In this document: positions 1-12,017 of the stretch, piece by piece
Position numbering within the stretch: position 1 is the first letter of the stretch
How the letters are laid out: every line of letters begins with the position of its first letter
DNA from: Pristiophorus japonicus
Lineage: Eukaryota
DNA length: 64,000 nucleotides
Assembly (NCBI RefSeq): GCF_044704955.1
Contig: NC_091990.1
Location: forward strand, 135,718,001 to 135,782,000
Reading direction: 5' to 3'
Position numbers and translations under genes: made by a program
The notes under the pieces: generated by a model
Database searches by the model: none
The model's input: only the letters and a program-made list of their open reading frames with translations
What the model was told of the DNA's origin: nothing

Positions 1-2595
1 GTAAAAAGAGACCTTGAAGACCGTTCATTATCAGACCAGTCTGTGCTGTTGCAGTATGCGGACGATTTGCTTGTGGCTTCTAGCCACGGATACAGGTGCA
101 TGCAAGACTCCCTGAAACTGTTACAGCACCTATGTGAAAGAGGGCACCGAGTGTCGTTACCAAAGTTACAATTTTGTCAGACTCAAGTCCAGTACCTGGG
201 TTTTCACATATCTCAAGGGCAGAGGCAGCTAGGACCAGAAAGAATTCAGACAATTCAAAGTGCCACCATCCCAAAGACAAAGAAGGATATCTTGTCATTT
301 TTGGGGATGGTTGGGTACTGTAGACAATGGATCCCCGATTATCGAGAATGGGATGTGGTCCTAAGATCAGCTGCCCTAAATGATGCCCCACCCAAGGTGG
401 AGTGGACCCCAGAGAGAGAGGAGGCATTTAAACAGTTAAAGAAAGCCATTACTAATGCTCCGGCGTTGAGACTTCCGAATTATGGTAAACCTTTTCAGAT
501 GTATGTGAATGAGAAAGAAGGATTTGCAACCGCAGTACTAACCCAAGAACATGGTGGGGGAAATAGACCAGTTGCTTATTATTCGGTTTTGCTGCCTCCA
601 GTAGTAAGGGGAATGCCAGCATGTCTACGTGCTGTAGCTGCTACTGCGGTCATGGTGGAGAAGTCGGTACCTATTGTTTTGGATTATCCATGTGCTGTCA
701 TTACAGCCCATGCTGTGTTATTACTTTTGAATTCAGCTGCCACACAACACTTTACAGCGTCTAGAAGAACAGGTTATGAAGTATTACTGGTGTCACACCC
801 TAACTATACCTTTTGACGTGCACCGGTAGTGAACCCAGCCACCTTTCTTCCTACTAAAGAAGTAGAGGATCCAGACCAGCATGATTGTCTGTTAACGGTG
901 GAAATAGCCACCTTACCAAGACCAGATTTGCTCACAGAGCCCATGGACAATCCTGATCTTATTCTCTATACGGATGGATCATCGTACAGGCCGTCAGATG
1001 ACTTGCTGTTGGCAGGCTATGCTATTGTAAATCCCCACGAAACTGTTGAAGCATTCGCCCTGCCTCCCGGAACCTCGGCTCAGGCTGCTGAATTGTTTGC
1101 CCTCACTAGAGCTTGTATAATAGCTAAAGATCAAATTGCTAATATCTATACTGATTCCAGATATGCATTCGGTGATTTTGGACAACTGTGGAAAAACAGA
1201 GGCTTTATCACCTCTGGTGGAAAGCATATTAAGCACTCTCAACTGGTGCTTAATCTATTAGATGCCATTCAGTTGCCAAGTAAGGTAGCCGTTATCAAAT
1301 GTGCAGCTCACACAACCGGTGAGGATGAAGTATCAGTAGGAAATAGGAGGGCTGACGAAGCAGCCAAGCAGGCCGCTTCGGCACAGGCAGACTGCCTTCA
1401 AGCAGTCTCAGTTTCCCCTCCACAGGTACTTGACATCCAACAACTTAAAACAGCCCAACAACAAGTTACTATGCAAGAAAGAAGAATTTGAGAAAACCAG
1501 GGTTGTTTTCTCAAAAACGATGGGCGAACTGTTTGCCCTAGATCTCTATTTTTGCCCCTGTCTCGCCTAGCACACGGTCAGGCTCACATGGGCAAAGGAG
1601 GGATGATACATGCTATTAATGCACAGTGGTATGCACCAGGAATAACATTAGTAATTGAGAAAGTTGCTCGAACATGCCAAATTTGTCAACAAAATAACAG
1701 AGGTAAAACACCTGCTGAATATGATCATCTACCCCAGCCAAGTATGCCCTTTGAAAATTTGCAAATTGATTTTGTCCACATGCCTCCAGTATCAGGTCTT
1801 AAGTACCTATTAGTCATAATAGACATGTTCACAAGGTGGGTAGAAGCGTACGCCACTAGGAGAGACAATGCCCGAATTGTAGTAAAAATTCTATTTAAAG
1901 AAATAGTACCAAGATATGGGATACCTATGGGAATCAACAGTGACAGGGGAACACACTTCACCGGAAAAATAGTGCAAATTCTTGCAGAAGCGTTAGGTTT
2001 CCAGTGGAAGTTACATATACCATATCAGCCACAGTCCTCGGGAATGGTAGAAAGAATAAATGGGATAATAAAATCTACCCTTACCAAGGTATGTCAGGAG
2101 ACTGGACTAAAGTGGCCAGATGCCTTACCATTGATATTGTATACAATGAGAAACCAGAAAAACCGAAACACTGGTTTGACACCACATGAAGCCTTATTGG
2201 GAAGACCAATGCCTACTGGCGTAAAACCACCACTGGCAGCTGAAAAAATAGCATTAATTTGGAATGATGAAAAATCACTAAAGTATGCTCAGGCCATGTG
2301 TGAAATAGCAAGGAGTCTGCATGAACAAATAAAGCAGACACAGGTGCCCCCGTCGGAAGGAAATATGCACCCTTTCAGGCCTGGAGACCAAGTGTTGGTA
2401 AAAACATTAAACAAAGAATCCTTTTCTCCTAGGTGGAAAGGACCATATCAGATAATTCTCACAACACGAACCGCGCTGAAGTTGGAAAAGCATCCAAATT
2501 GGGTGCATGCAACCCGTTGTAAATATTATTTTCCCGACGAAATACAGCCAAAAGAAAAGGCATTGAACCAGGACGTACTACGATTGCCTGACTAA
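1..2595 (+). pseudogene. pol: Retroviral pol (RT C-terminal part, RNase H, integrase), 5'-truncated by window edge, two in-frame TGA stops
   Basis: ORFs 43..816, 829..1491 and 1552..2595 are all in one frame; TGA at 814-816 and 1489-1491. Confidence 0.93.
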
Positions 2596-2689
2596 GAAAA
2601 AGGCCATCCTCTCGCTGAAGAACTGTACCTGCTCTTGTATTAAATTAAATATTTGGACTTGAAAGTACTGCCCAAAAGTTCAGGAACGG

Positions 2690-2845
2690 ATGTCAGAGCT
2701 CATTTGTGTGCCAGTTTGGGCCTTTATTATTTGGGTCACTGTTACTATCGTGTGGACGTGTTATTATTGTAACGACTTAATTCAAGAGTGGTATAGAAAC
2801 AAACAAGAAAGGGAAGATGGGAAGGGACTCTTGGAAAAATTATAA
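2690..2845 (+). CDS. Putative 51-aa single-pass membrane accessory protein between pol and env (below ORF-track cutoff)
   Basis: Manual translation MSELICVPVWAFIIWVTVTIVWTCYYCNDLIQEWYRNKQEREDGKGLLEKL*; hydrophobic N-terminal helix, charged tail, overlaps env ATG at 2817. Confidence 0.55.
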   Translation: MSELICVPVWAFIIWVTVTIVWTCYYCNDLIQEWYRNKQEREDGKGLLEKL

Positions 2846-4958
2846 ATGGACGTTAGGTATACTGATCATTTTAGCGACAGGGAACTCCCGGCAGGAGGAA
2901 GAAGTCCTAAAAGAAGGAAGAGTATGGAAGGGAAATATGGTATGGGAAAGAAGTAATAGTGCAAGGCAGCAAGGCAATTTTATATGCCCAGTAGGCCAAA
3001 GTTGTAAAGTAGGGAATTTTACGGCACGATGTGAGGCATGTGGAATGAAGGAAGAAAGAGGGGAATTCCAGTTTATATTGGGGAAAGGGTATCAGTTGTT
3101 CATAGAATACCAGGCCGATGTGTGGATGAAGTGTACCCGGAGCACAGGGAAAAACAAGAGATGGGGGTACATAGGAGGGCCGGACGAGAGAAAAGACTTC
3201 CTCCATTATTCATATACAAGTATGGTAGAAGGGCAGCGGATGTTGTGCATGAATAACACCCCGGTGAATGGAGGAGACCCATTCGTGGTAAAATGGTCAG
3301 TAAAAGAATTCGGCCACCCAGAAGACCGGGACCCGGAACATCTAAAAAGGATACTGACCACTTGCATCCCATTGGTAAGATCCCCAGATGTATTAAATCT
3401 AACAATACGAATTAAATATCCCCCAAAGAAAGAAGATGGTTGCCACACAACCAGTGTTAAGGTATCTTTTGAAAAAGAAAGACCCCAAAGAAAGAAACGG
3501 GATGTATTAGAGACTGTGTTAGGTGGAGTGGGAGCAGGTATAGGAGCATTGAACTCCATGGATATCGAGACCCTACAAAATAAAATCCAGGCCGTCGGAG
3601 GACTGGTAGGGGAAGATATAAAAATCAGAAATGCCTGGGATGAAGGATTACAGCAATTACAAATATCAGGTTACGTCATAAACGAAATGACCTGGGAACA
3701 GAATGAAAGGATAGAGAAAGAAATAGAGAACCTAATGAAGGAACAACAGGGAGTAAACAAGTACACCCATTGTCTGTTTAAAGAAATGATCAGACAGCTA
3801 TTAAGAGCCGAGTTAGAAAGGAAAATATTATCCTTCCATGCTAACACATGGGAAAGGTTGCTGGAAATTAACAAAAGGGATAAGCTTCTTAATTTAACCA
3901 TTAACTCTCAAAAAAGATATACCAGTTGTAATTCAAAAGGATGTAACGTTACTGTGGAGATAGTAAGTAAGACATGAAAAGAAATTTGGTGTCAGTTCCA
4001 AGTAATGCCCCAGCTGTTTGGACAGAACTTCTGGTACCCAGAATTTAAAGAAGATTGGGTCGATGAGAAGAATATGACACATCACCAGAGGAGATGTGCT
4101 AGGTGGCCATTCGGAATGGTATGTCCCTATCAGACCGCCAAATACGAACCATGCTCACTGCAGCACTCCATTGGAGTATGTAAATGGGAATTAAAGCCAA
4201 CAAATGACACTGATATTACGGAAATAGGACAGAATGAGATCTGTGTGACAGGAAATAAACCTGTCTATTTGGATGGAATTTTGTATAAACCCCCCATTAA
4301 TAAATGCGTGAGAAAAGTCTACACCCTGTATGACCCTGAAGTAAAAAGAACTTATACCTTTGGCCAATGGCAAAATGTAGAAAAATATCTGTCTATGCAC
4401 AAGATTGAACCCTTACCCCCCGTAATTAATCTGACCAGACTGCACAATTTGATACGGAATGACAAGAAAATTGAGGAAGCTCTGTCAAAGCAAGGCAGAG
4501 ACATCCACCAATTTAGAGTCGAAATGAGTTACAAGAAGGGGCAACTAGTGAGAATCGCAGACAAAGTCACCTCTTTGACAGTACACCACTGGTGGGATGT
4601 GTTTACCGGATGGTCCCCAAAAGTTACAGCAGTACTGAAGCTTGCTATACACCCCATAGTAATCGTAGGTGTGGTTATGCTTGTATTATTAATAATCCTT
4701 TGCGGAATGTGGATAACATTAAAAAATGTAATTAGTCAAGTAATAGGCCTGATCTCCGAAATAGAAAGGAAAAGTGTGTGCATGAAAGGAAGGTTAAGTC
4801 GCTTAGAGGAAAAGGTTGATGAAGACGAATATCTCAAAATGCGACCCTATCCTGAAGGGTATGAACCCCCTTTTGCGCAAGAGGAGAATATAGGAAATTG
4901 TGTTGATCTGAAAAAAAAAGATCAACAAGGAGGGAATTGTGGAAGAAAGAATCTATGA
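2817..4958 (+). pseudogene. env: Retroviral env with one in-frame TGA (3975-3977)
   Basis: Signal peptide, RKKR furin site followed by Gly-rich fusion peptide, heptad region, WW motif and transmembrane helix; ORFs 2817..3977 and 4005..4958 share a frame. Confidence 0.9.
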
Positions 4959-5400
4959 ATCTATGGCTTATGGTAAAGGGAAGGGTTAAATTTTGTTTTT
5001 GCTATATTTGAAGAAATAATAGGACTAGAACAACACCCACACTTTTTAGCCTTGAAACTTAGAAATGTAATTAAATGACTATCCGGTATTAAAAGGGAGT
5101 CTCCTGATATTCTGCTTATCAGACTGTGAACAGGGAGAAACTATGCAAGGACAGATAGAGTGTGTGCTTCCCGAGACGACCTTTGTACTCACGGAACTAA
5201 TGAATAAGATTCCTTTTCTATTTCTGTATTCTATTTCTGTATAAAGGTAGGTACAATTTGCTTGTTCAGGAGAGTTTTTCTGCCTTGGTACGGTCCAAGC
5301 AGGCTCTCCGAGATATCTCGCTTTTTAAAATAAAATTCTCTCGAAGCACGATTCTGAAAGCCTCCGCCTGAGTTAATTTAACTTAGAAATTTCCTCGACA
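4938..5400 (+). repeat. ERV 3' LTR (about 463 bp)
   Basis: Follows purine tract AAGGAGGGAA; starts TGTGGAAGAAA, ends TTTCCTCGACA (imperfect inverted ends); TATAAAA near 5240, AATAAA near 5330. Confidence 0.85.
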
Positions 5401-8400
5401 TAGGCAGTCCCTCGAAATCGAGGAAGACTTGCTTCCACTCCAAAAGTGAGTTATCAGATGACTGAACAGTCCAATATGGGAATTACAGTCTCTGTCGCAG
5501 GTGGGACAGACAGTCATTGGAGGAAAGGGTGGGTGGTAATATGTCCTTACTATACATTACAAATGCACATGAGGCCCATACTTGAGAGAAGGTCACTCTG
5601 TGACCAGTAACCTTTATTTGCCAGCACTGAAGTGATGAAGGTGGGTGGAGCTTCCACTTTTATACTTGCAAGTCCAGGTTAGGAGTGTCTGCCACAAGTT
5701 CACCCCCTTGTGGTCAATGTTCTCACAGTGTACAACTTAGATCAGTTTATACATGGGTTCAATGACAGTTAAATACATGACATCACCTCCCCCCCAAAGT
5801 CTTATATGGGATCACAGATGAAGTCTCTGGTGGTTTACGCTCCCTTGTAGAGCGCCTGAGTTGGGGCTCCAGTTGTTGGGCGCTGGCCTGAGTGTCTGCT
5901 GTTTGCGGTGCCTCAGGACTGTCCGGACTGCTCACAGTGACTGGGCTCTTCTCCACTTGGTTCCGGTGTTCGGTCACCTGTGGAGGAGTGAACTCTACAT
6001 CGTGTTCTTCATCTGCTTCTTCTATGGGGTTGCTGAACCTCCTTTTTGTTTGATCCACGTGTTTGTGGCAGATTTGTCCACTGATAAGTTTAACTACCAG
6101 AATCCTATTCCCCTCTTTGGCAATCACAGTGTCTGCGAGCCATTAAGGCCCTGCAGCGTAGTTGAGAACAAAGACAGGGTCATTGACATCAATACATCGC
6201 GCCCTCGCATTCCCGTCGTGGTAGTTACATTGTGACTGGCGCCTGCTCTCAAAAATTTCTTTCATGGTGGGGTGTATAAGGGATAACATGGTTTTGAGTG
6301 TCCTTTTCATTAGCAGCTCTGTGGGTGGAACCCCTGTGAGTGAGTGTGGTTGGGATCTATTGGCCAACAGGAGGCATGATAAGTGGCTTTGTAGGGAACC
6401 CCCTTGGATTCTGAGCATTTCCTGTTTGATTATCTGCACTACTCGTTCCGCCTGGCCATTTGAGGCCGGCTTGAACAGTGCTGTTCTGACATGGTTGATA
6501 CCATTTCCTGCCATGAAGTCCTGGAATTCAATGCTTGTAAAGCATGGGCCATTGTCACTGACTTTCTACCGTGGCAGAGGATGTGCTTGAATTGAGAATG
6601 TCACACTCGATCCATTTGGAGTAGGCATCTACTACAGCCAAAAACATTTTTCCCATGAAAGGACCTGCGTAGTCCACATGAATGCGTGACCATAATTTGG
6701 TGGGCCAGGACCAGGGGCTAAGGGGGGCTTCCCTGGGCGCATTGCCCAGCTGGGCGCACATTTTGCACCTGCGAACACAAAGTTCCAGGTCTGCATCCAT
6801 CCCTGGCAATTGCCTTCATCGTGACAATGCCCAGGTGCTCATTGTGGAGTTCGCTGATGAACATCTCTCTGCCCATCTGGGGCATGACTACTCGGTTTCC
6901 CCATAGTAGGCAATCGGCCTGAATCGAGAGTTCATCCTTGCGACTATGAAAGATTTGAATTCCTCAAGGCATGCCCCGTATGTGGCTGCCCAGTCCCCAT
7001 TAAGGACACATTTCTTGACTAAAGACAGTAGCGGGTCTCTATTTGTCCAGACTTTGATCTGACGGGCTGTCACGGGTGAGCCTTCGCTTTCGAAAGCTTC
7101 CACAGCCATGCCCATCTCAGCAGCATGCTCGGTTGCCCCCTCGGTGGTGGCTAGTGGGAGCTGCTGAGTGCATCGCGCAGTTTTCAGTACCCGGTCTGTG
7201 CCGAATTGTATAGTCATAGGCGGCTAACATGAGTGCCCACCTCTGTATGCGGGCCGATGCATTTGCATTTATAGCCTTGTTGTCGGCCAAAAGGGACGTT
7301 AGGGGTTTGTGACCTGTCTCCAGCTCAAATTTCCTGCCGAACAGGTACTGGTGCATTTTTTTTACACCATATACATACGCAAGCGCTTCCTTTTCTACAA
7401 TCCCGTAGCCCCATTCTGCCTGGGACAGACTTCTGGAAGCATAAGCTACCGGCTGTAACTGACCCTTGGCATTAACATGCTGCAACACACACCCGACCCC
7501 ATAGGACGACGCGTTGCACGTTAAAACAAGTTTCTTACATGGGTCATTTCGCATTAACAGATTGTTGGAGCATAACAAATTTCGTGCTCTATCAAAAGCC
7601 CTTTCCTGGCTGTCCCCCCAGACCCATTCGCGACCTTTGCGTAGGAGCACGTGTAGCAGCTCTAACAGCGTGCTCAATTTGGGAAGAAAGTTACTAAAAT
7701 AGTTCAGGAGCCTGAGGAACGAATGCAGCTCCGTCGTGTTACGGGGTCTGATTGGTCTCTGGATCGCTTCTGTTTTGGACGCAGTAGGTCTGATCCCGTC
7801 TGCTGCTACCCTCATCCCCAGGAATTCTACCTCTGGAGCTAGGAAGACGCACTTCACCTTTTTCAGTCACAGACCTACCGGGTCCAGTCTGCGTAGCACC
7901 TCCTCCAGGTTGCGGAGGTGTTCTTCAGTATCACAACCCGTGATGAGGATGTCGTCTTGAAAAACCACAGTCCTTGGAATCGACTTGAGGCTTTCCATAT
8001 TACGTGGAAAGATCGCGGCGGCCGAGCGAATCCCAAACGGACATCTGTTGTACTCAAACAACCCCTTGTGTGTTGTGATGGTGGTCAGCTTCTTCGACTC
8101 ACTCGCCAGCTCCTGGGTCATGTAAGCTGAGGTCAGGTCCAATTTTGAAAAAAGTTTGCCACCGGATAGCGTCGCGAAGAAGTCCTCCGCTCTCGGTAGC
8201 GAGTACTGGTCTTGGAGTGACACCCAATTGATGGTGGCCTTGTAATCACCACGTATCCTGACCGACCCATCCGCCCAGTCACTGAATTCGACTGGTGAGA
8301 TGATGCCTTCCCTCAGCAAGCGGTCCAATTTGGCTTCTATCTTTTCCCGCATCACGTCCAGCACCGCTCTGGCCTTGTGGTGTACTGGCCTGGCGTCCGG

Positions 8401-10860
8401 GTTTATGTGAATCACTACCTTGGTCCCCATGAAAGTGCCAATGCCGGACTGAAATAGTGAGTCAAATTTGTCCAGGACCTGTAAGCATGATATTCGCTCC
8501 ACAGAAGAAATTGCATTGACATCGCCCCATTTCCAGTTCATGACAGCCAGCCAACTCCTCCCCAGCAGTGCAGGACCATCCCCTGGAACAATCCAGAGTG
8601 GCAACCTGTTCTCCGAATCTTTGTGGGTCACGACTACTGTGGCGCTGCCTAGCACCGGAATGATCTCCTTTGTGTATGTCCATAGCTGTGCATCAATTAG
8701 CAATAATTTCGGCCTTTTGGCCTTGGATGCCCACAACTTGTTGAACTGTTTGATACTCATCAGGGACTGGCTGGCCCCTGTGTCTAGCTCCATTGATACT
8801 GGGATGCCATTGAGGAGCACTTTCATCATTATCGGTGGCGTCCTGGTGTATGAACTGTATATGTGCTCCACATGAACTCGCTGAACTTCAGCTTCCAGCA
8901 ATTTCCCCCAGTGTCCATTTGGCCCCGTAGGGCTTACATCGGACCCGTCCTCCTCATACATCAACCTGGCCGCAGGCTTCCTGCACATATGCGCCAAGTG
9001 ACCGCTGAGGTTGCAATTTCTGCAGGTGTATTGCTGATACCTGCAAGCTCTGGCTGTGTGTTTGCCTCCACATCTCCAACATGAGCCGTTGTTGGAAACA
9101 AAAGGTCCATTACCAGTTGATCGTCTCTGACTGTCTGTGTAACTCTTTTTAAGCACACCATTAACAGGTGTTGATGGCCCCATTACTGGCCGCATTGTCC
9201 CTTGCGATGGCATGAATCGCCGCTCAGCTAGCCATTGTTTCTATTGAATTCCCCCTTTGAATTCGACTATATGCTCGGGCATGTCCGATTGCCACTGTCT
9301 GCCTGGGGAACTGTGCGCTGCATTAACTCCCTGTCCATTTGCTGCATTTAAACCAAGATTTTTGTCAAACATCATTCTGGTCTCTTCCTCCCCTGAGATA
9401 AATGTCTGGGCCATCAAAGCTGCTGTTTCCAGGGTCAAGTCTTTGGTCTTGATCAGTTTCCTGAAAACCCCAGCGTGCCCGATGCCCTCAATAAAAAAGT
9501 CTCGCAGCATCTCCGCTCTGCATGCATCTGGGAACTTACATAGGCTCGCCAGTCGCCGGAGATCTGCCACGAAGTCTGGAACGCTTTGCCCTTCTCGCCG
9601 CCGGTGCGTGTAAAACCGGTGTCTCGCCATGTGCATGCTGCTCGCCGGTTTAAAGTGTTCCCTGATCAACTTACTGAGCTCTTCAAAAGTCTTGTCCCCC
9701 GGCTTCTCTGGTGCTAGAAGGTCCTTCATCAGGGAATACATCCTGAACCCACAAACTGTCAGGAGATGAGCCCTGCGTTTGTCGGCCGAATCCTGTCCCA
9801 GCCATTCCTTAGTGACGAAACTTTGCTGTAGTCTCTCAATAAAATCGTCCCAATCATCACCAACACAGTACCTCTCGTCTATGCTGCTAGTGGCCATGCT
9901 CGCGTGGTTTAAATCCCAGTTTCTCGTCACCAATGATATGTCCTTACTATACAGTACAAATGCACACAAGACCCATACTTGAGAGAAGGTCACTCTGTGA
10001 CCAGTAACCTTTATTTCCCAGCACTGAAGTGATGAAGGTGGATGGAGTTTCCCCTTTTATACCTGAAAGACCAGGTTAGGAGTGTCTCCCACAAGTTCAC
10101 CACCTAGTGGTCAATGTTCTCACAGTGTACAACTTAGGTCAGTTTATAAATGGGTTCAATGACAGTTAAATACATGACAGGTGGGTAGTCTGGTTTGCCG
10201 CACGCTCCTTCCGCTGCCTGCGCTTGATTTCTGCATGCTCTCGGCGACGAGACTCGAGGTGCTCAGTGACCTCCCGGATGCTCTTACTCCACTTAGAGTG
10301 GTCTTTGGCCATGGATGCCCAGGTGTTGGTGGCAATGTTGCACTTTATTAAGGAGGCTTTGAGGGTACCTTTGAAACATTTCCTCTGCCCACCTGGGGCT
10401 CACTTGCCATGTAAGAGTTCCGAGTAGAACGCTTGCTTTCGGGGTCTTGTGTCTGACATGCGGACAATGTGGCCCGCCCAACGGAGCTGGTCGAGTGTGC
10501 TCAGTGCTTTGATGCTGGGGATGTTGGCCTGAACGAGAACACTGACGTTGGTGCGTCTGTCCTTTCAGGGGATTTTCAGGATCTTGCAGACACATCGTTG
10601 GTGGTATTTCTCCGGCGATTTGAGGTGTCTGCTGTATATGGTCCACGTCTCTGAGCCATACAGGAGGGCGGGTATCACTACAGCCCTGTGGACCATAAGC
10701 TTTGTGCCATATTTTAGGGCCTGATCTTCGAACACTCTCTTCCTCAGGCGGCCGAAGGCTACACTGCCGCACTGGAGGTGGTGTTGAACCTCGTCGTCGA
10801 TGTCTGCCCTTGCTGATAATAGGCTCTCGAGGTATGGAAAGTGGTCCATGTTGTCCAGTG
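5401..10860 (-). mobile_element. RTE (BovB-like) LINE 3' fragment, split by a Gypsy insertion (pieces 5401-5536 and 10180-10860)
   Basis: ORF DHFPYLESLLS..ALLYGSETWT; same 3' end as RTE copies at 17160-18080 and 58915-59101. Confidence 0.85.
5537..10179 (-). mobile_element. Ty3/Gypsy LTR retrotransposon, near full length, degenerate
   Basis: 246-bp LTRs at 5537-5782 and 9934-10179 (about 17 differences by eye); 5-bp TSD GGTGG; PBS TGGTGACGAG; PPT; gag CCHC knuckles, protease LDTGA, RT FQDD, RNase H, integrase fragments. Confidence 0.95.
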
Positions 10861-10889
10861 GATCTTGATGACTGGGGGCAGTGCTGTGT

Positions 10890-11076
10890 CACAGGGTCAG
10901 GTTGCAAAATACTTGCAATAGAGGGAGTGCAACAAAGGTTCACCAGACTGTTTCCTCGGATGGGGGAGTTGTCCTACGAAGCGAGATTGAGTAGACTAGG
11001 CCAATACTCTCTAGAGTTTAGAAGAATGAGAGGTGATCTCATTGAAACATATAAAATTCTTACAAGGCTTGACAGG
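10890..11076 (+). mobile_element. CR1-type LINE fragment
   Basis: ILAIEGVQQRFTRL..YSLEFRRMRGDLIETYKIL. Confidence 0.8.
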
Positions 11077-12017
11077 TGTAATGTATTTGTTTCATGGGTT
11101 CTTGCTTAAGGTTGGCAGCCCGATCTTTTTGGTGCAGATTAAGGCTCCACCCCCAAAACTAAAGGTCGGGTTAGGCCACGCCAAAAGAAATCCAACAAGG
11201 AAACTTAGAATTTTTTTTGGTGTACTTAGGCCCCCAAAAATCAGACGTAACTCTTAAAGTACGCCAAAAAAATGCTTTGGGGAAAATTGAGCCCATGGTA
11301 CCGAACGTGCGTCACTCGCTCGAAACATTTGATCCACATGAACCTTCCTGATATATTCACTAATTTTGACCAGCTACTGCTTGGTGCCACATACCTGAAT
11401 AATTGTATCAATGTCCCATTTGCGTGGACTTGCCCTTTTTGATGGACTGAGAACTCTGACCTGATCACTCTTCTGAAAGCACCACTCTTCAATACCGGAA
11501 TGATAATGATGTTTCTGCACCGATTGTGCCTTCTCCACCTTATCAGACAAGTTCATTGCAATAAACTAAGACACATCCTCAGCCTATGCTTCATCAATAA
11601 CTCAGCAGGTGTGCACCCTGTTGTAGAATGGGATATTGTTTTGTATTTGAAAAGAACATTTGCTCACCTATGCTTCATGCTCACCAATGATCCAGTCTGT
11701 AGAACTTTTTCTGCAAAGCCTCTTTTACAATCCTGACTGACCTTTCAGCTGCATTCAAAACAGGATGATATGGTTCTACCAACGTGTGTTTGATACTGTT
11801 GTGTCTGGCAAAATTCGCAAATTACATGGACCAAAATTGCGGCCCATTATCTGACACCATTTCTTTGGGCAGGCCATGGCATGCAAAAATATCCCGTAAT
11901 TTATCCTATGTGACACTCTGTAGTCGTCGATGACGCTATATGCTGTACTTCCAGCCGTTTCGAATGGGTATCGATTAGAACCAGAAAATTATCACTGCCC
12001 CTCTCATAAAAATCAAA

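Larger units (their letters stand above)
1..5400 (+). mobile_element. Endogenous retrovirus, 3' portion (pol, small ORF, env, PPT, 3' LTR); gamma/epsilon-like Pol
   Basis: RT (LQYADDLL), connection (NPATFLP), RNase H (YTDGSS, SAQAAEL, YTDSRY), integrase (QIDF, SDRGTHF, PQSSGMVER, WKGPY), env with furin site, purine tract and TG..CA LTR. Confidence 0.95.
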
